Notes under the pieces: generated by a model
Told to the model about the DNA's origin: nothing
The model's database searches: none
The model's input: the letters and a program-made list of their open reading frames with translations, nothing else
Position numbers and translations under genes: made by a program
Part shown: one piece after another, positions 1-9,560 of the stretch
How the letters are laid out: every line of letters begins with the position of its first letter
Position numbering within the stretch: the stretch's first letter is position 1
Origin: Trueperaceae bacterium
GTDB lineage: Bacteria > Deinococcota > Deinococci > Deinococcales > Trueperaceae
DNA: 64,000 nucleotides
Direction of reading: 5' to 3'
Assembly (NCBI GenBank): GCA_965215565.1
Contig: CBDCDZ010000004.1
Coordinates: 480,001 to 544,000 of the forward strand

Positions 1-74
1 TGTGAGATTAAGGTGCTGTGAGATTAGCGGGCGACCTCAGAGCAGCAGAGCCAAAATGGTAGCGCTAATCAGCA

Positions 75-109
75 CTGTCAAACCCTCCGATACTCGGAGG
101 GTTTGACAG
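75..109. repeat. Perfect 16-bp inverted repeat (REP-like hairpin or terminator)
   Basis: CTGTCAAACCCTCCGA-TAC-TCGGAGGGTTTGACAG. Confidence 0.8.
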
Positions 110-343
110 AAATGAGAAAGTTTAGGCGGCGCTACATATCGTCGGCAAAGTTCAGGGTGCAGCGCGCTAAGCGAGCCGCTCGCATCCGTCGACCTCTTGC
201 GAAAGTGGGAGGCAGAAGGCCTCACTGTCTTGAACGAGTTGAGCGCCCAAAACGTTAGCTGTCGGCAGATTGTTTTAGAGGGCGCACGCCTAGCTCGAGG
301 CGGGTAGACGTAGCGCTGTTAGGCGCGTCCAAGAAACGCTAAC

Positions 344-1678
344 TTACTTTGCAGAGAGCTTGTACACCGCACCAGCCGCGTCGTCCGAGATGAACATCGC
401 TCCAGACGCATCTACGGCTACATCCACCACGCGCCCCCATGCGGTCTGCGCCGCCTCGTCTAGCCAACCGCGTACTAAATCTTGCTCATCTCCAGGTCGC
501 CCGTCTGAAAAGGGGAAATAGGCGACTTTGTAGCCCGTCTTTTCGCTTCTATTCCACGAGCCGTGATAGGCGAACGCTGCGCCCTGGCGGTAGGGCTCAG
601 GAAACAACGTCTCGTGTAAAAAGAGGAAGCCCAAGGGGGCAGAGTGCGCTTGAATTCCTCTGTCGATGCGCGTAGCCTCTTCGCAGTCGAGCCTTTCACC
701 GTCTGGATTGAGCACGACCTCCCTATCGAAGGGCATAAGGGTGTAACCGCTTTCGGTGCCCGGATTCGGATTGCAGAAGGGCCAGCCGTAGTTGCCGCCC
801 TCTTCCACGCTCGTGAACTCGTCGGGCGGGTGGTTGTCCACGTAGCTCTGCATGACTTCGCCATAATCGTCGTCATCGTCGCCGTCGAAGTCGTCGTGAA
901 AGGGATACGGCAGGTTGTCGCGGTTGTTGACCGTCACCCACAGCTCGTCCGTGTTAGGGAGAAAGTCGAGCCCCTCGGCGTTGCGCAGCCCCTCGGCGAA
1001 CAGCTCGCCTAGGGTGGCGTCCACGTTTTGCGCGTCCGCGTCGTAGCGGTAGATCGCGCCGCGCACGGGATCGCTCTGCGTGTCCTCTATGCAGGCGTTG
1101 CAAGCGGAGGCGATGGAAACGAAGAGGTCGTTTCCTCTAAGCGCGATGTTTTTAAGCTGATGCCCGTAGGAGCCTTTTAGCTCCGTATTCGAGGCGTCGG
1201 GCAGTCCTGAAACGATGACCTCTGGCGCACCTGCGGTAGTTGCTTCGGGGTCATAGACGTAGCGGTTGATCTGGTTGGAGCCTGCCACGTAGAGATAGGT
1301 CACGCCACCAAGCTCGTGAAAAACCATGTCGTGCGCTAGCCTCAGACCCTCCAGGTAGTCGTAGGCTTCACCGCCGCGTAAAAGGATGACCTTATTTTGA
1401 GAAGGCTGCGAGACGAGTAAATCGCCGCTCGGCGTGACGGCTAGAAAGCGGGCATTAGGAACACGGGCAAAAACCTCTATGTCGAAGCCGGCCGGAACCT
1501 CTAAGCGCCGCGCTTCGTCAAAGGGCTCCGCGCGCATCCTCTCAGGAACGTCAACTATAGCGGAAACGAGCGCACTTCCCATAGGCGGCTCCGCCTCTTC
1601 TGGTGGCGCACTTGGCGAACAGGCGACGAGGATGAGAAGTAGAGCAGCAAGGTGCGGCGCTGAGCGTAAACAGTTCAT
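344..1678 (-). CDS. Glucose/sorbosone dehydrogenase (PQQ-type beta-propeller) family lipoprotein
   Basis: Lipobox LVAC; GLRNAEG, GNYGWP and AHSAPLG motifs; start moved to ATG 1678, 7 nt after a TAAACT -10 box. Confidence 0.8.
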   Translation of the reverse strand: MNCLRSAPHLAALLLILVACSPSAPPEEAEPPMGSALVSAIVDVPERMRAEPFDEARRLEVPAGFDIEVFARVPNARFLAVTPSGDLLVSQPSQNKVILLRGGEAYDYLEGLRLAHDMVFHELGGVTYLYVAGSNQINRYVYDPEATTAGAPEVIVSGLPDASNTELKGSYGHQLKNIALRGNDLFVSIASACNACIEDTQSDPVRGAIYRYDADAQNVDATLGELFAEGLRNAEGLDFLPNTDELWVTVNNRDNLPYPFHDDFDGDDDDDYGEVMQSYVDNHPPDEFTSVEEGGNYGWPFCNPNPGTESGYTLMPFDREVVLNPDGERLDCEEATRIDRGIQAHSAPLGFLFLHETLFPEPYRQGAAFAYHGSWNRSEKTGYKVAYFPFSDGRPGDEQDLVRGWLDEAAQTAWGRVVDVAVDASGAMFISDDAAGAVYKLSAK

Positions 1679-2015
1679 GATCTCTAGTTTACTCACACGG
1701 CACCTCTTAACGCCGTGTCCTGGCAGCGAGAGGAAGACTGGAAGAGGTTGATAACGCCGGTCAACTGTTGAGTGGGAGCGGGGCAACTCACTTTTCGAAC
1801 CGAGCTGTCAGATATTCTTCCGAAAAGTAGAACGTAGCGCAGTGAGGAAGCCTCGACACTACTCTGAATTGTGGTCTGAATTGTGGGGCTCGAGATTGAC
1901 GAAAGCCCCTCCTGTACGCTAGGCTTAGCGTTAATCAATCTGTCTAAAGTCACGCTCTGCGCTCCATTTGGAGCCAACCTCTTCATAGCACGCAGTCGCA
2001 AGCATCGGAGGAAAG

Positions 2016-2501
2016 ATGAAAGTAGCGGGTTCACACACCATCGCCGCGCCCAGAGAGAGGGTCTGGTACATGCTCCAAGACCCGGACGTGCTCGCCAAAG
2101 CCACGCCGGGCGTTCAGGAGATGGAGCGCGAGCGCGAGGACTTTTACCGCGCCGTTTTGGAGCTTGGCATCGGTCCGGTCAAGGGGACGTTTTCGGGTCA
2201 CGTCGAGGTGACGGAAAAGCACAACCCCGATTCATTGACCTTAGCAGTTGATGGCTCGGGTGGACCGGGTGGCGTTAAAGCGGTTGGGGTGTTGAGGCTC
2301 GAGGAAGCCGCGAGCGGCACCGTCGTCCACTACGAGGGCGAGCCGCAGATTTCTGGGCGCTTAGCCTCGGTGGGCGCACGCTTAGTTGGCGGCGTTGCTA
2401 AAAAACTCGCCGGACAGTTTTTTGAGAGCGTCAGTAAACAGGCGCAGGACTATCAGCACACCCCAATACCCACAACCAGCCCAGCCGCCAAACCAGCCTA
2501 A
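2016..2501 (+). CDS. coxG: CoxG/SRPBCC family accessory protein
   Basis: [20 protein letters not shown]...A.KLA.QFF; GGAGG RBS; first gene of the cox-like operon. Confidence 0.85.
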   Translation: MKVAGSHTIAAPRERVWYMLQDPDVLAKATPGVQEMEREREDFYRAVLELGIGPVKGTFSGHVEVTEKHNPDSLTLAVDGSGGPGGVKAVGVLRLEEAASGTVVHYEGEPQISGRLASVGARLVGGVAKKLAGQFFESVSKQAQDYQHTPIPTTSPAAKPA

Positions 2502-2511
2502 AGGAGTTCAG

Positions 2512-3018
2512 ATGAGCCAATCCGTTACCTTAACTGTCAATGGGAAGAACTATACGAAAGAGGTCGAACCGCGCACGCTTCTAGTCCACCTCATCCGCGA
2601 GAACTTAGGACTCACCGGCACCCACGTCGGCTGCGACACGAGCAGTTGCGGCGCGTGCACGGTAATGCTGGACGGTCTCGCCGTCAAGTCGTGCACCCTT
2701 CTCGCTGTGCAAGCGAACGAGTCCGAAGTTCAGACCGTCGAAGGCTTAGCGAACGGCGACGGTCTCCACCCGCTGCAAGAGGGCTTCTGGGAGGAGCACG
2801 GCTTGCAGTGCGGTTTCTGTACGCCCGGCTTTTTGATGACGGCGGTGCAGCTTTTGGAGCGCAACCCCAACCCGTCCGAAGACGAGATACGCGAGGGCTT
2901 AGAGGGCAACTACTGCCGCTGTACGGGCTACCACAACATCGTCAAAGCGGTGCAGTACGCGGCGAATAAGATGCAGCAAGCGAGTCCGGGGCAAGAGCAG
3001 GCAGTCGCGGCGGACTAG
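2512..3018 (+). CDS. coxS: Molybdenum hydroxylase 2Fe-2S small subunit (CoxS-like)
   Basis: [18 protein letters not shown] and CRCTGY motifs; AAGGAG RBS before ATG 2512. Confidence 0.92.
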   Translation: MSQSVTLTVNGKNYTKEVEPRTLLVHLIRENLGLTGTHVGCDTSSCGACTVMLDGLAVKSCTLLAVQANESEVQTVEGLANGDGLHPLQEGFWEEHGLQCGFCTPGFLMTAVQLLERNPNPSEDEIREGLEGNYCRCTGYHNIVKAVQYAANKMQQASPGQEQAVAAD

Positions 3019-3020
3019 GT

Positions 3021-3113
3021 GAGTTGAAAGGTAAAAGATTAAAGAGAAGGGCGCAGAACCAAACTTTTCTCTTTCCTCTTTTATCTTTAATCTGTTCCTG
3101 AAAGGAATTTCTA
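3021..3113. repeat. Purine/pyrimidine heptamer-like hairpin plus TTCCTGAAAGGAATTTCT leader
   Basis: AAAAGATTAAAGAGAAG ... CTTTTCTCTTTCCTCTTTTATCTTTAA; related to 5486-5581 and 38214-38297. Confidence 0.65.
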
Positions 3114-5480
3114 ATGAGCGAAAAGTACATCGGCAAGGCGGTCAAGCGCACCGAGGACCCCAAGTTCATCAAGGGCGAGGGGCGCTATACCGACGACATC
3201 AACCTGCGCGGGCAAGCCTACGTCGTGATGGTGCGCTGCCCCTACGCGCACGCGAAAATCAACAGCGTCGATCCGAGCGAGGCGCTGCGGCACCCTGGCG
3301 TCCTCGACGTGATCGTCGGGCAAGAACTCTTGGACGCGGGCATCGGCTCGATTCCGGCGGGCTGGCTCCTGCCCGACATCAAGACGCCGCCCCACTACGC
3401 CATCGCCACGGACAAGGCGCGGTTTCAAGGAGAAATCGTCGCCGCCATCATCGCGGAGAGCGTCGTCGCGGCGGAGGACGCGGTTGATTTGGTCAAGGTC
3501 GATTACGAGCAATTACCCGGCGTGGCGCGCGCAGATAGGGCGCTGGAGGACGACGCCCCGAACGTCCACGAGGACGCGCCCGGCAATCGCTGCTTCGAGT
3601 GGTCGATTGGTGACAAGGACGAGACGGACGCCAACTTTGGCAGAGCGGCGCATACGGTCAGCATCCGCCTGCGCAACAACCGCCTCATCCCGAACGCGAT
3701 CGAGCCACGCGCCTCTCTAGCCGACTACAACCCCGGCACGGACGAGTACACGCTCTACACGACGTCACAGAACCCGCACGTCCACCGTTTGATTCTCGCC
3801 GCGTTCGTCATGAGCATCCCCGAGAACAAGCTGCGCATCGTCAGCCCCGACGTGGGCGGCGGCTTCGGCTCGAAGATTTTCCAGTACCCCGAAGAGGTCG
3901 TCGTGCTGCACGCCTCGAAAAAGCATAAGCGCCCCATTAAGTGGACGGCTAAGCGAAGCGAGAGCTTCCAGACCGATTCCCACGGACGCGATCACCACAC
4001 CACGGCGGAGATGGCAACAGACGAGAACGGTAAAATCTTGGGCGTGCGCGTCCACACGGACGCCAACTTGGGCGCGTACCTGACGCTCTTCGCGCCCGCC
4101 GTGCCGACGTACCTCTACGGCTGCTTGCTTTCGGGAACGTACCAAGTTCCGGCCATCTACTGCGAGGTCAACGGCGTTTTCACGACGACGACGCCCGTGG
4201 ACGCTTACCGGGGCGCAGGTCGCCCGGAGGCGACTTACGTCATCGAGCGACTGATGAACCGCATGGCCATCGAGCTAAACGAGGACCCAGCAGAGTTCCG
4301 CCGCAAGAACTTCATCCAACCTGAGCAATTCCCCTACCAGACGCCTGTCGCGCTGGCGTATGACAGCGGCGAGTACGAGCGGGCGTTGGATAAGGGGTTG
4401 GAGATGGTCGGCTACGAGGACTTCAAGCGCGAGCGCGACGAGGGGCGCAAGAACGGGCGCTACTTGGGCATCGGCTTCTCGTGCTTCGTCGAGGCGTGCG
4501 GCTTGGCTCCGTCGTCCTTGGTCGGCAGCATTGGGGCGCAAGCGGGACAGTGGGAAAGCTCCTTGGTGCGCGTCGCGCCGACGGGCATGATCGAGGTCTT
4601 CACGGGCTCGCACAGCCACGGACAGGGGCACGAAACGGCGTTCGCGCAGATCGTCGCCGACGAACTCGGCGTGCCGATGGAGAATATCCAAGTCGTGCAC
4701 GGCGACACGGGCAAGATGCCTTTCGGGTGGGGCACCTACGGCAGCCGGAGCGGCCCGGTGGGCGGCAGCGCGGTCATCAACGCAGCAAGGAAAGTAAGAG
4801 ATAAGGCGCAGAAGATCGCGGCGCACCTCTTAGAAGCACGGGAGGACGACTTAGAGTACGAAGACGGTAATTTCCGCGTTAAAGGCTCCTCGGAGAACTC
4901 GGTGGGCTTTGGAGACGTGGCCTTACAAGCGTACTTAGCGCACAACTACCCGGACGATTTGGAGCCGGGGTTAGAAGAGACCGCCTTCTTCGATCCGACG
5001 AACTTCACCTACCCCTTCGGCACCCACATCGCGATGGTCGAAGTTATGCCCGACACGGGCGAGGTCAAGCTCGTGCGCTACGTCTCCGTGGACGACTGCG
5101 GCAACCTCATCAACCCCTTGATCGTCGAGGGGCAGGTGCACGGCGGCATCGCGCAGGGCGTCTCGCAAGCTTTGTTAGAAAACGCCGTTTACGACGACAA
5201 CGCGCAGCTCCTCACGGGCTCATACATGGACTACGCCCTGCCCAAAGCCTCCCATCTGCCGTCCTTTGAGATCGACCACACTGTCACCCCCGCCCCGCAG
5301 AACCCCCTAGGCGTCAAAGGCATTGGCGAGGCGGGCTGTATCGCGAGTACTGCAGCAGTCGCGAACGCCGTCACGGACGCCTTACAACCCTTCGGCATCA
5401 CCCACATGGACATGCCGATGAGCGCTCCCCGCGTCTGGCAAGCCATGCAGGACGCGCAACTCGCACAAGCAGCAGATTAA
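3114..5480 (+). CDS. coxL: Xanthine dehydrogenase-family molybdopterin large subunit (form II CoxL-like)
   Basis: GGGFGSK, AYRGAGR (form II, not AYRCSFR), GQGHET, KGIGEAG motifs. Confidence 0.9.
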   Translation: MSEKYIGKAVKRTEDPKFIKGEGRYTDDINLRGQAYVVMVRCPYAHAKINSVDPSEALRHPGVLDVIVGQELLDAGIGSIPAGWLLPDIKTPPHYAIATDKARFQGEIVAAIIAESVVAAEDAVDLVKVDYEQLPGVARADRALEDDAPNVHEDAPGNRCFEWSIGDKDETDANFGRAAHTVSIRLRNNRLIPNAIEPRASLADYNPGTDEYTLYTTSQNPHVHRLILAAFVMSIPENKLRIVSPDVGGGFGSKIFQYPEEVVVLHASKKHKRPIKWTAKRSESFQTDSHGRDHHTTAEMATDENGKILGVRVHTDANLGAYLTLFAPAVPTYLYGCLLSGTYQVPAIYCEVNGVFTTTTPVDAYRGAGRPEATYVIERLMNRMAIELNEDPAEFRRKNFIQPEQFPYQTPVALAYDSGEYERALDKGLEMVGYEDFKRERDEGRKNGRYLGIGFSCFVEACGLAPSSLVGSIGAQAGQWESSLVRVAPTGMIEVFTGSHSHGQGHETAFAQIVADELGVPMENIQVVHGDTGKMPFGWGTYGSRSGPVGGSAVINAARKVRDKAQKIAAHLLEAREDDLEYEDGNFRVKGSSENSVGFGDVALQAYLAHNYPDDLEPGLEETAFFDPTNFTYPFGTHIAMVEVMPDTGEVKLVRYVSVDDCGNLINPLIVEGQVHGGIAQGVSQALLENAVYDDNAQLLTGSYMDYALPKASHLPSFEIDHTVTPAPQNPLGVKGIGEAGCIASTAAVANAVTDALQPFGITHMDMPMSAPRVWQAMQDAQLAQAAD

Positions 5481-5485
5481 AAGCA

Positions 5486-5581
5486 GGTAAAAGAGAGAAG
5501 GACTGAGAGGAAAGTGTAAATCCTTAGACCTTTTCTCTTTCCTCTCAGTCCTTTCAACTTAAATTCCTGAAAGGAATTTCT
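5486..5581. repeat. Purine/pyrimidine hairpin plus AAATTCCT-GAA-AGGAATTT hairpin over the coxM RBS
   Basis: AAGGACTGAGAGGAAAG / CTTTCCTCTCAGTCCTT inverted repeat; same 18-nt leader as before coxL. Confidence 0.7.
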
Positions 5582-6436
5582 ATGCACCCAGCTAGTTTCA
5601 CCTACCACACCCCTACGTCTATCGACGAAGCGCTCAGCCTGATGCGCGAACACAGTGACGCGAAACTCTTAGCGGGCGGGCACAGCCTCATGCCTACGAT
5701 GAAGCTGCGCCTCGCCACGCCCGCGCATCTCATCGACATGCGCAAACTGCGCGGCGATTTGCAGTACGTCCGCGACGAGGACTCCCACATCGCTATAGGC
5801 GCTCTAGCGACGTATTACCAAATTGAAAGCAACGACATCGTCAGAGATAAAGCACCACTTTTGGCGCAGCTCATCAACAACGTCGGCGACTTGCAAGTGC
5901 GTAACTGCGGCACCTTGGGCGGCGCGATCGCCCACGCGGACCCGGCGGGCGACCCGCCCGCGGCGATTGTGGCGCTCCAAGCGGAGATGGTGGTTCGCGG
6001 CGCGGAGGGCGAGCGCACCGTCCCTGCAAGCGAGTTCTTCTTCGGTTTCTTCGAGACCGCCGTGCAGGAGGGCGAGATCTTAACCGAGATTCGCGTGCCG
6101 CATCAAAAGGGCGGCTCGTCGTACCAGAAGATGCGCCACCCGGCGTCGGGCTACGCCGTCGTGGGCGTCGCAGTGGTCATTGAGAAGGACGGCGACACCG
6201 TCTCGCGCGCTCGCGTCGGCGTCACGGGCATGTCGGACGGCGCGTACCGCGCGGAAGGAACCGAGAACGCACTGAACGGTCAGACCTTTAGCGCCGACCT
6301 CGCCAGCCAAGCGGCGGAGCACGCGGCGGACGACATCATGCCCTTAGAAGACCCCTTCGCCAACGCCGACTACCGCCGTCAGCTTACGAAAGCGCTGACC
6401 AAGCGGGCACTTTTCGAGGCGTGGGAGCGGGCTTGA
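5582..6436 (+). CDS. coxM: Molybdenum hydroxylase FAD-binding medium subunit (CoxM-like)
   Basis: LAGGHSL, RN.GTLGG.IAHADP motifs. Confidence 0.92.
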   Translation: MHPASFTYHTPTSIDEALSLMREHSDAKLLAGGHSLMPTMKLRLATPAHLIDMRKLRGDLQYVRDEDSHIAIGALATYYQIESNDIVRDKAPLLAQLINNVGDLQVRNCGTLGGAIAHADPAGDPPAAIVALQAEMVVRGAEGERTVPASEFFFGFFETAVQEGEILTEIRVPHQKGGSSYQKMRHPASGYAVVGVAVVIEKDGDTVSRARVGVTGMSDGAYRAEGTENALNGQTFSADLASQAAEHAADDIMPLEDPFANADYRRQLTKALTKRALFEAWERA

Positions 6437-6442
6437 AGAAGC

Positions 6443-7074
6443 TTTGGCAACGCTAACGAGATTGTTGTAGAGATGGCTCGAGAGGTCTTGCCCGTCGTCA
6501 AGAAAACACCTGTGCTCGCCGGGGTCAACGGGACGGACCCCTTTATGTTGGGGTCTTTCTTGTCGGACCTCAAACACTTAGGTTTTTCGGGCGTACAGAA
6601 CTTCCCTACCGTCGGGCTCATCGACGGTACCTTTCGCATGAACCTAGAAGAGACGGGCATGGGGTACGACTTAGAGGTGGGGATGATTGCGAACGCGCAC
6701 GCGCTGGGGCTCTTCACCACACCTACATCTTTAGCACCGAAGACGCCGTGGCGATGACCGAGGCGGGCGCGGATATCCTGGTGCCGCACATGGGTTTAAC
6801 AGCGGGCGGCGCGATCGGCGCAGAGACGGGCAAGACGCTGGAGGACTGCGTACCTCTGATCGACGAATGGTCAGACGCCGCGAAGTCGGTGCGAGACGAC
6901 GTCATTATCCTCTGCCACGGCGGACCCATCGCGACGCCCGAGGACGCCAAGTATATTCTTAGAAACTGCCCACACGTGAACGGCTTTTACGGCGCGAGCA
7001 GTATGGAGCGGCTGCTTGTAGAGAGGGCGTTAGAGGAGCAAACGCGCAAGTTTAAGGCAATTTCTTTCGGGTAA
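6443..7074 (+). pseudogene. 5'-truncated, frameshifted phosphoenolpyruvate hydrolase-like (Tm-1-related) TIM-barrel gene
   Basis: Homology-like text starts mid-protein ([27 protein letters not shown]) right after the coxM stop; a frameshift near 6724 joins TTP to [17 protein letters not shown]; ends [16 protein letters not shown]. Confidence 0.75.
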
Positions 7075-7153
7075 AGTCGCGCCTTAACCGTGCTCACGCC
7101 GGGACCTCATTTTCTCTCGCCTGCTCATAACAAAGCGGATGCGAGCCGAAAAG

Positions 7154-7483
7154 ATACGGATTCCGGTGATTAATAGCAGGTATCATCTGGTCAGCTACAC
7201 CCTCACCAAAGGGAACATCGTTTCCTTCGGAAAACTTCGTAATTAGCACGCACTTTAGATGATGATATCTGCGAAGAAGTGTTGCTTCGCATGACTTCGT
7301 CCAAGCAACGGTAAGTGGAACTGCTATAAGCAGGCGCACCGGAATAATCTCAATTAGAGAGCGCTGGCGAAGCCTGTCTGGAGCGCAAATACCTCACCGA
7401 AATAGCTTAGGTTTCTGAAGTCGGAGTACTTAGCGGAAGAAACTCTGCAAGAAGTTTATGCAGTGGTCAGCCGGAATCCATAT
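7154..7483. mobile_element. Deinococcus SRE-like palindromic element, interrupted by a nested TAGCAG element
   Basis: Ends ATACGGATTCCGG / CCGGAATCCATAT; the 3' ~50 bp is nearly identical to 22643-22690. Confidence 0.7.
7174..7326 (+). mobile_element. TAGCAG..CTGCTA modular element, copy 1
   Basis: TAGCAGGTATCATCTGG ... TAGCACGCACTTTA..GATGATATCTGC ... GGAACTGCTA. Confidence 0.75.
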
Positions 7484-7600
7484 GAGGCGATTCTCGGAGT
7501 TCTCTATCCATACTCAAACTTCTCCGTTTCCTACCTAAAAAACTTCGCAAAAAGCTCCCGGCGGGGTGCACAAGACCCGTATTTTTCGTTATGCTGTCGT

Positions 7601-8503
7601 GTGATCCGTTCCCTTGCCCCCGACGAGCTAGAGTGGTTTATCGCGTCTTACTACGACTTTTTAGGGCACAGCGACCCCCGGCACTTCGCGCGGCGAGCCG
7701 TGCGCTCTATTCATAACGTTGCGCATCAGCTAGAGAGCGAAGCGGAGCGCTCCTTTATCCTCTTTGCAGACGGGGATGTGCCCTTAGCGGGGGCGCACAT
7801 CATCGCGCCCGAGCCGGACGACGACGACCAAAACCTCTACTTGAGCAACATCTGGTTCAAACGAGACGCTAACGATTTGCAGAGACTTTTGGAGAAGCTG
7901 CTCCGCAAGTTCGATCACGAAGCGGTGCATTGCCCGCTCTATAACTTTTCGGAGAGCCGCTTAGAGCGGGTCAAACCTGTTTTCGACGCGCTCGGGTTTG
8001 CGCTTAGGCACGCCTACGACCTGGAGTTCGAACTGAGCGAGTTGCCCCCCCTAGGCGTGCCGCTCATCTTAGAAGCGTGGAGCGACGAGAGCGACGCGCT
8101 GTTTCAAGAGGTCTTTAAGGCGGCGGAGGGACACGAGCCCTCGGACGGCTTCTGGGCGTGGCTCAAACGCTGGCGCGGTCCCTTTCGCCCTAACTTGTGG
8201 TTCGTCGCGAGCGAGACGCTCGACCAGGAGCCCGTCGGCTACGCCTTTTACGGCGTGTACCGTGACGGCGTGGACGGCGTCTACTACCTCACGGCAGCGG
8301 GCGTGTTAGCGGAATACCGGGACTCGAGCGACATGCTTAAACGCCTCGCGATTTCAAGTATGCACGAACTCGCCGCCCGTAGCCCCTTGGGGCGCATCCA
8401 GACGCTCGTGACCCAACAAGACCCCAAACTCATCGAGATTTTAGAATCGCTAGGCTACAGGCGGCGCGACGCCTACCCTGCCTTTATCAAGCGTCCTGAA
8501 TAG
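7601..8503 (+). CDS. Hypothetical protein, probable tandem GNAT-like acetyltransferase fold
   Basis: Long ORF; C-terminal PVGY..GV..EYR...LESLGY pattern; GTG 7601 follows a TATGCT -10 box. Confidence 0.6.
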   Translation: MIRSLAPDELEWFIASYYDFLGHSDPRHFARRAVRSIHNVAHQLESEAERSFILFADGDVPLAGAHIIAPEPDDDDQNLYLSNIWFKRDANDLQRLLEKLLRKFDHEAVHCPLYNFSESRLERVKPVFDALGFALRHAYDLEFELSELPPLGVPLILEAWSDESDALFQEVFKAAEGHEPSDGFWAWLKRWRGPFRPNLWFVASETLDQEPVGYAFYGVYRDGVDGVYYLTAAGVLAEYRDSSDMLKRLAISSMHELAARSPLGRIQTLVTQQDPKLIEILESLGYRRRDAYPAFIKRPE

Positions 8504-8516
8504 ATAGAAGAAGGGA

Positions 8517-8610
8517 GGTAGTAGTTCTAAGTCGAATGTCGCCGCGTAATGAACAAGGGGTTTCAACCCCTTGCCTTGACATCAGTGTTATTCCAGATAG
8601 AGCCACTACC
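8517..8610. repeat. REP-like element with imperfect terminal inverted repeats
   Basis: GGTAGTAGTTCTA / TAGAGCCACTACC ends; central CAAGGGGTT-TC-AACCCCTTG hairpin (8554-8573). Confidence 0.6.
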
Positions 8611-8665
8611 CCCACCACGTGTACGCCGAACGCACAGGTAAAAAACGCGGTGCTAAACTCTTCTT

Positions 8666-9037
8666 ATGTACATCTTGATTCGCTGGATTCTCAACGCTTT
8701 AGCTCTCTGGCTCACCGCGCAACTCGGCGTCGGCCTTTACTTCACGCAGACGGGGCTCGTTCCCGTGCTCGTCGCGGCGCTCATCTTGGGATTGGTCAAC
8801 GCGGTCGTGCGCCCTGTCATGATCCTGCTGACGCTGCCGCTCACGATTCTTACTTTAGGGCTCTTTCTGCTCGTCGTGAACGCGCTCTCGATAACGATTG
8901 TCGCGGCGCTCACGCCGCTCGCTATCACCGGCATCTGGGGCGCGGTCTTTGGCGCACTCATTCTCACCGTAATTAGCTCACTGCTCAGCGCCTTGGTCGG
9001 TGAGAACCGCCGTAGCGCCATCGAGGAGTGGCGCTAA
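8666..9037 (+). CDS. 4-TM phage-holin-like membrane protein (YvlD/DUF360)
   Basis: LGLVNAVVRPV..LLTLPLTILTLGLF.LVVNA signature; leaderless TAAACT-6nt-ATG. Confidence 0.85.
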   Translation: MYILIRWILNALALWLTAQLGVGLYFTQTGLVPVLVAALILGLVNAVVRPVMILLTLPLTILTLGLFLLVVNALSITIVAALTPLAITGIWGAVFGALILTVISSLLSALVGENRRSAIEEWR

Positions 9038-9056
9038 AACGCTAAAGGTTGATACC

Positions 9057-9092
9057 AAAAGAGCGCGGCTGCAGCATCAGCCGCGCTCTTTT
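9057..9092. terminator. Bidirectional intrinsic terminator
   Basis: AAAAGAGCGCGGCTG-loop-CAGCCGCGCTCTTTT between convergent genes. Confidence 0.85.
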
Positions 9093-9129
9093 GCTTGGAA
9101 CATGAGAACGTATGTGGGGTGTCTTCCTT

Positions 9130-9429
9130 TCAGACGCGCACCGCTAAGCCCGCCACAGAACCCATGTACTCGTCGCGGTAACGCGCCAGCTTGAGACCCT
9201 CTTCGCTCCTGAGCGCCACGATATCGTCTAGGTAAATCGGCGCGTTCGGGAAGATACGCACCTGCTCGCCCTTGGAGAAGCCCCACGCGGGGATGTCGAA
9301 CTCGAGCACCCACGCCCCCTCCTGAACCCAACTCGTGCGAGAAGTTTTGCGAGGGGCGGTGATGCGGGGCTGGGGTGTGAAAACGGACTTGAGTCCCGTT
9401 GCAATCGTCTTACTGAAAAACCGTTTCAT
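9130..9429 (-). CDS. Small hypothetical protein with a degenerate LexA/S24-like C-terminal pattern
   Basis: Leaderless TATACT-7nt-ATG; GFSKGEQVRI.P......DDIVA.....G.KLARY. Confidence 0.6.
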   Translation of the reverse strand: MKRFFSKTIATGLKSVFTPQPRITAPRKTSRTSWVQEGAWVLEFDIPAWGFSKGEQVRIFPNAPIYLDDIVALRSEEGLKLARYRDEYMGSVAGLAVRV

Positions 9430-9560
9430 ACCCCTTAGTATACGAATCTAACGATAGGACAAAGAGAAAAACTTCGTGAAGCGAGCAGAATTTAGGATTC
9501 TTTACGCCTTGTGCTACTTTTCGCGTGAGCTTAACTCGTTCAACTTTGGTTTTGACGGTC

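Noticed and set aside
3114..5480. Bona fide aerobic CO dehydrogenase
   Set aside because: Active-site loop is AYRGAGR, not form I AYXCSFR, and gene order is not coxMSL
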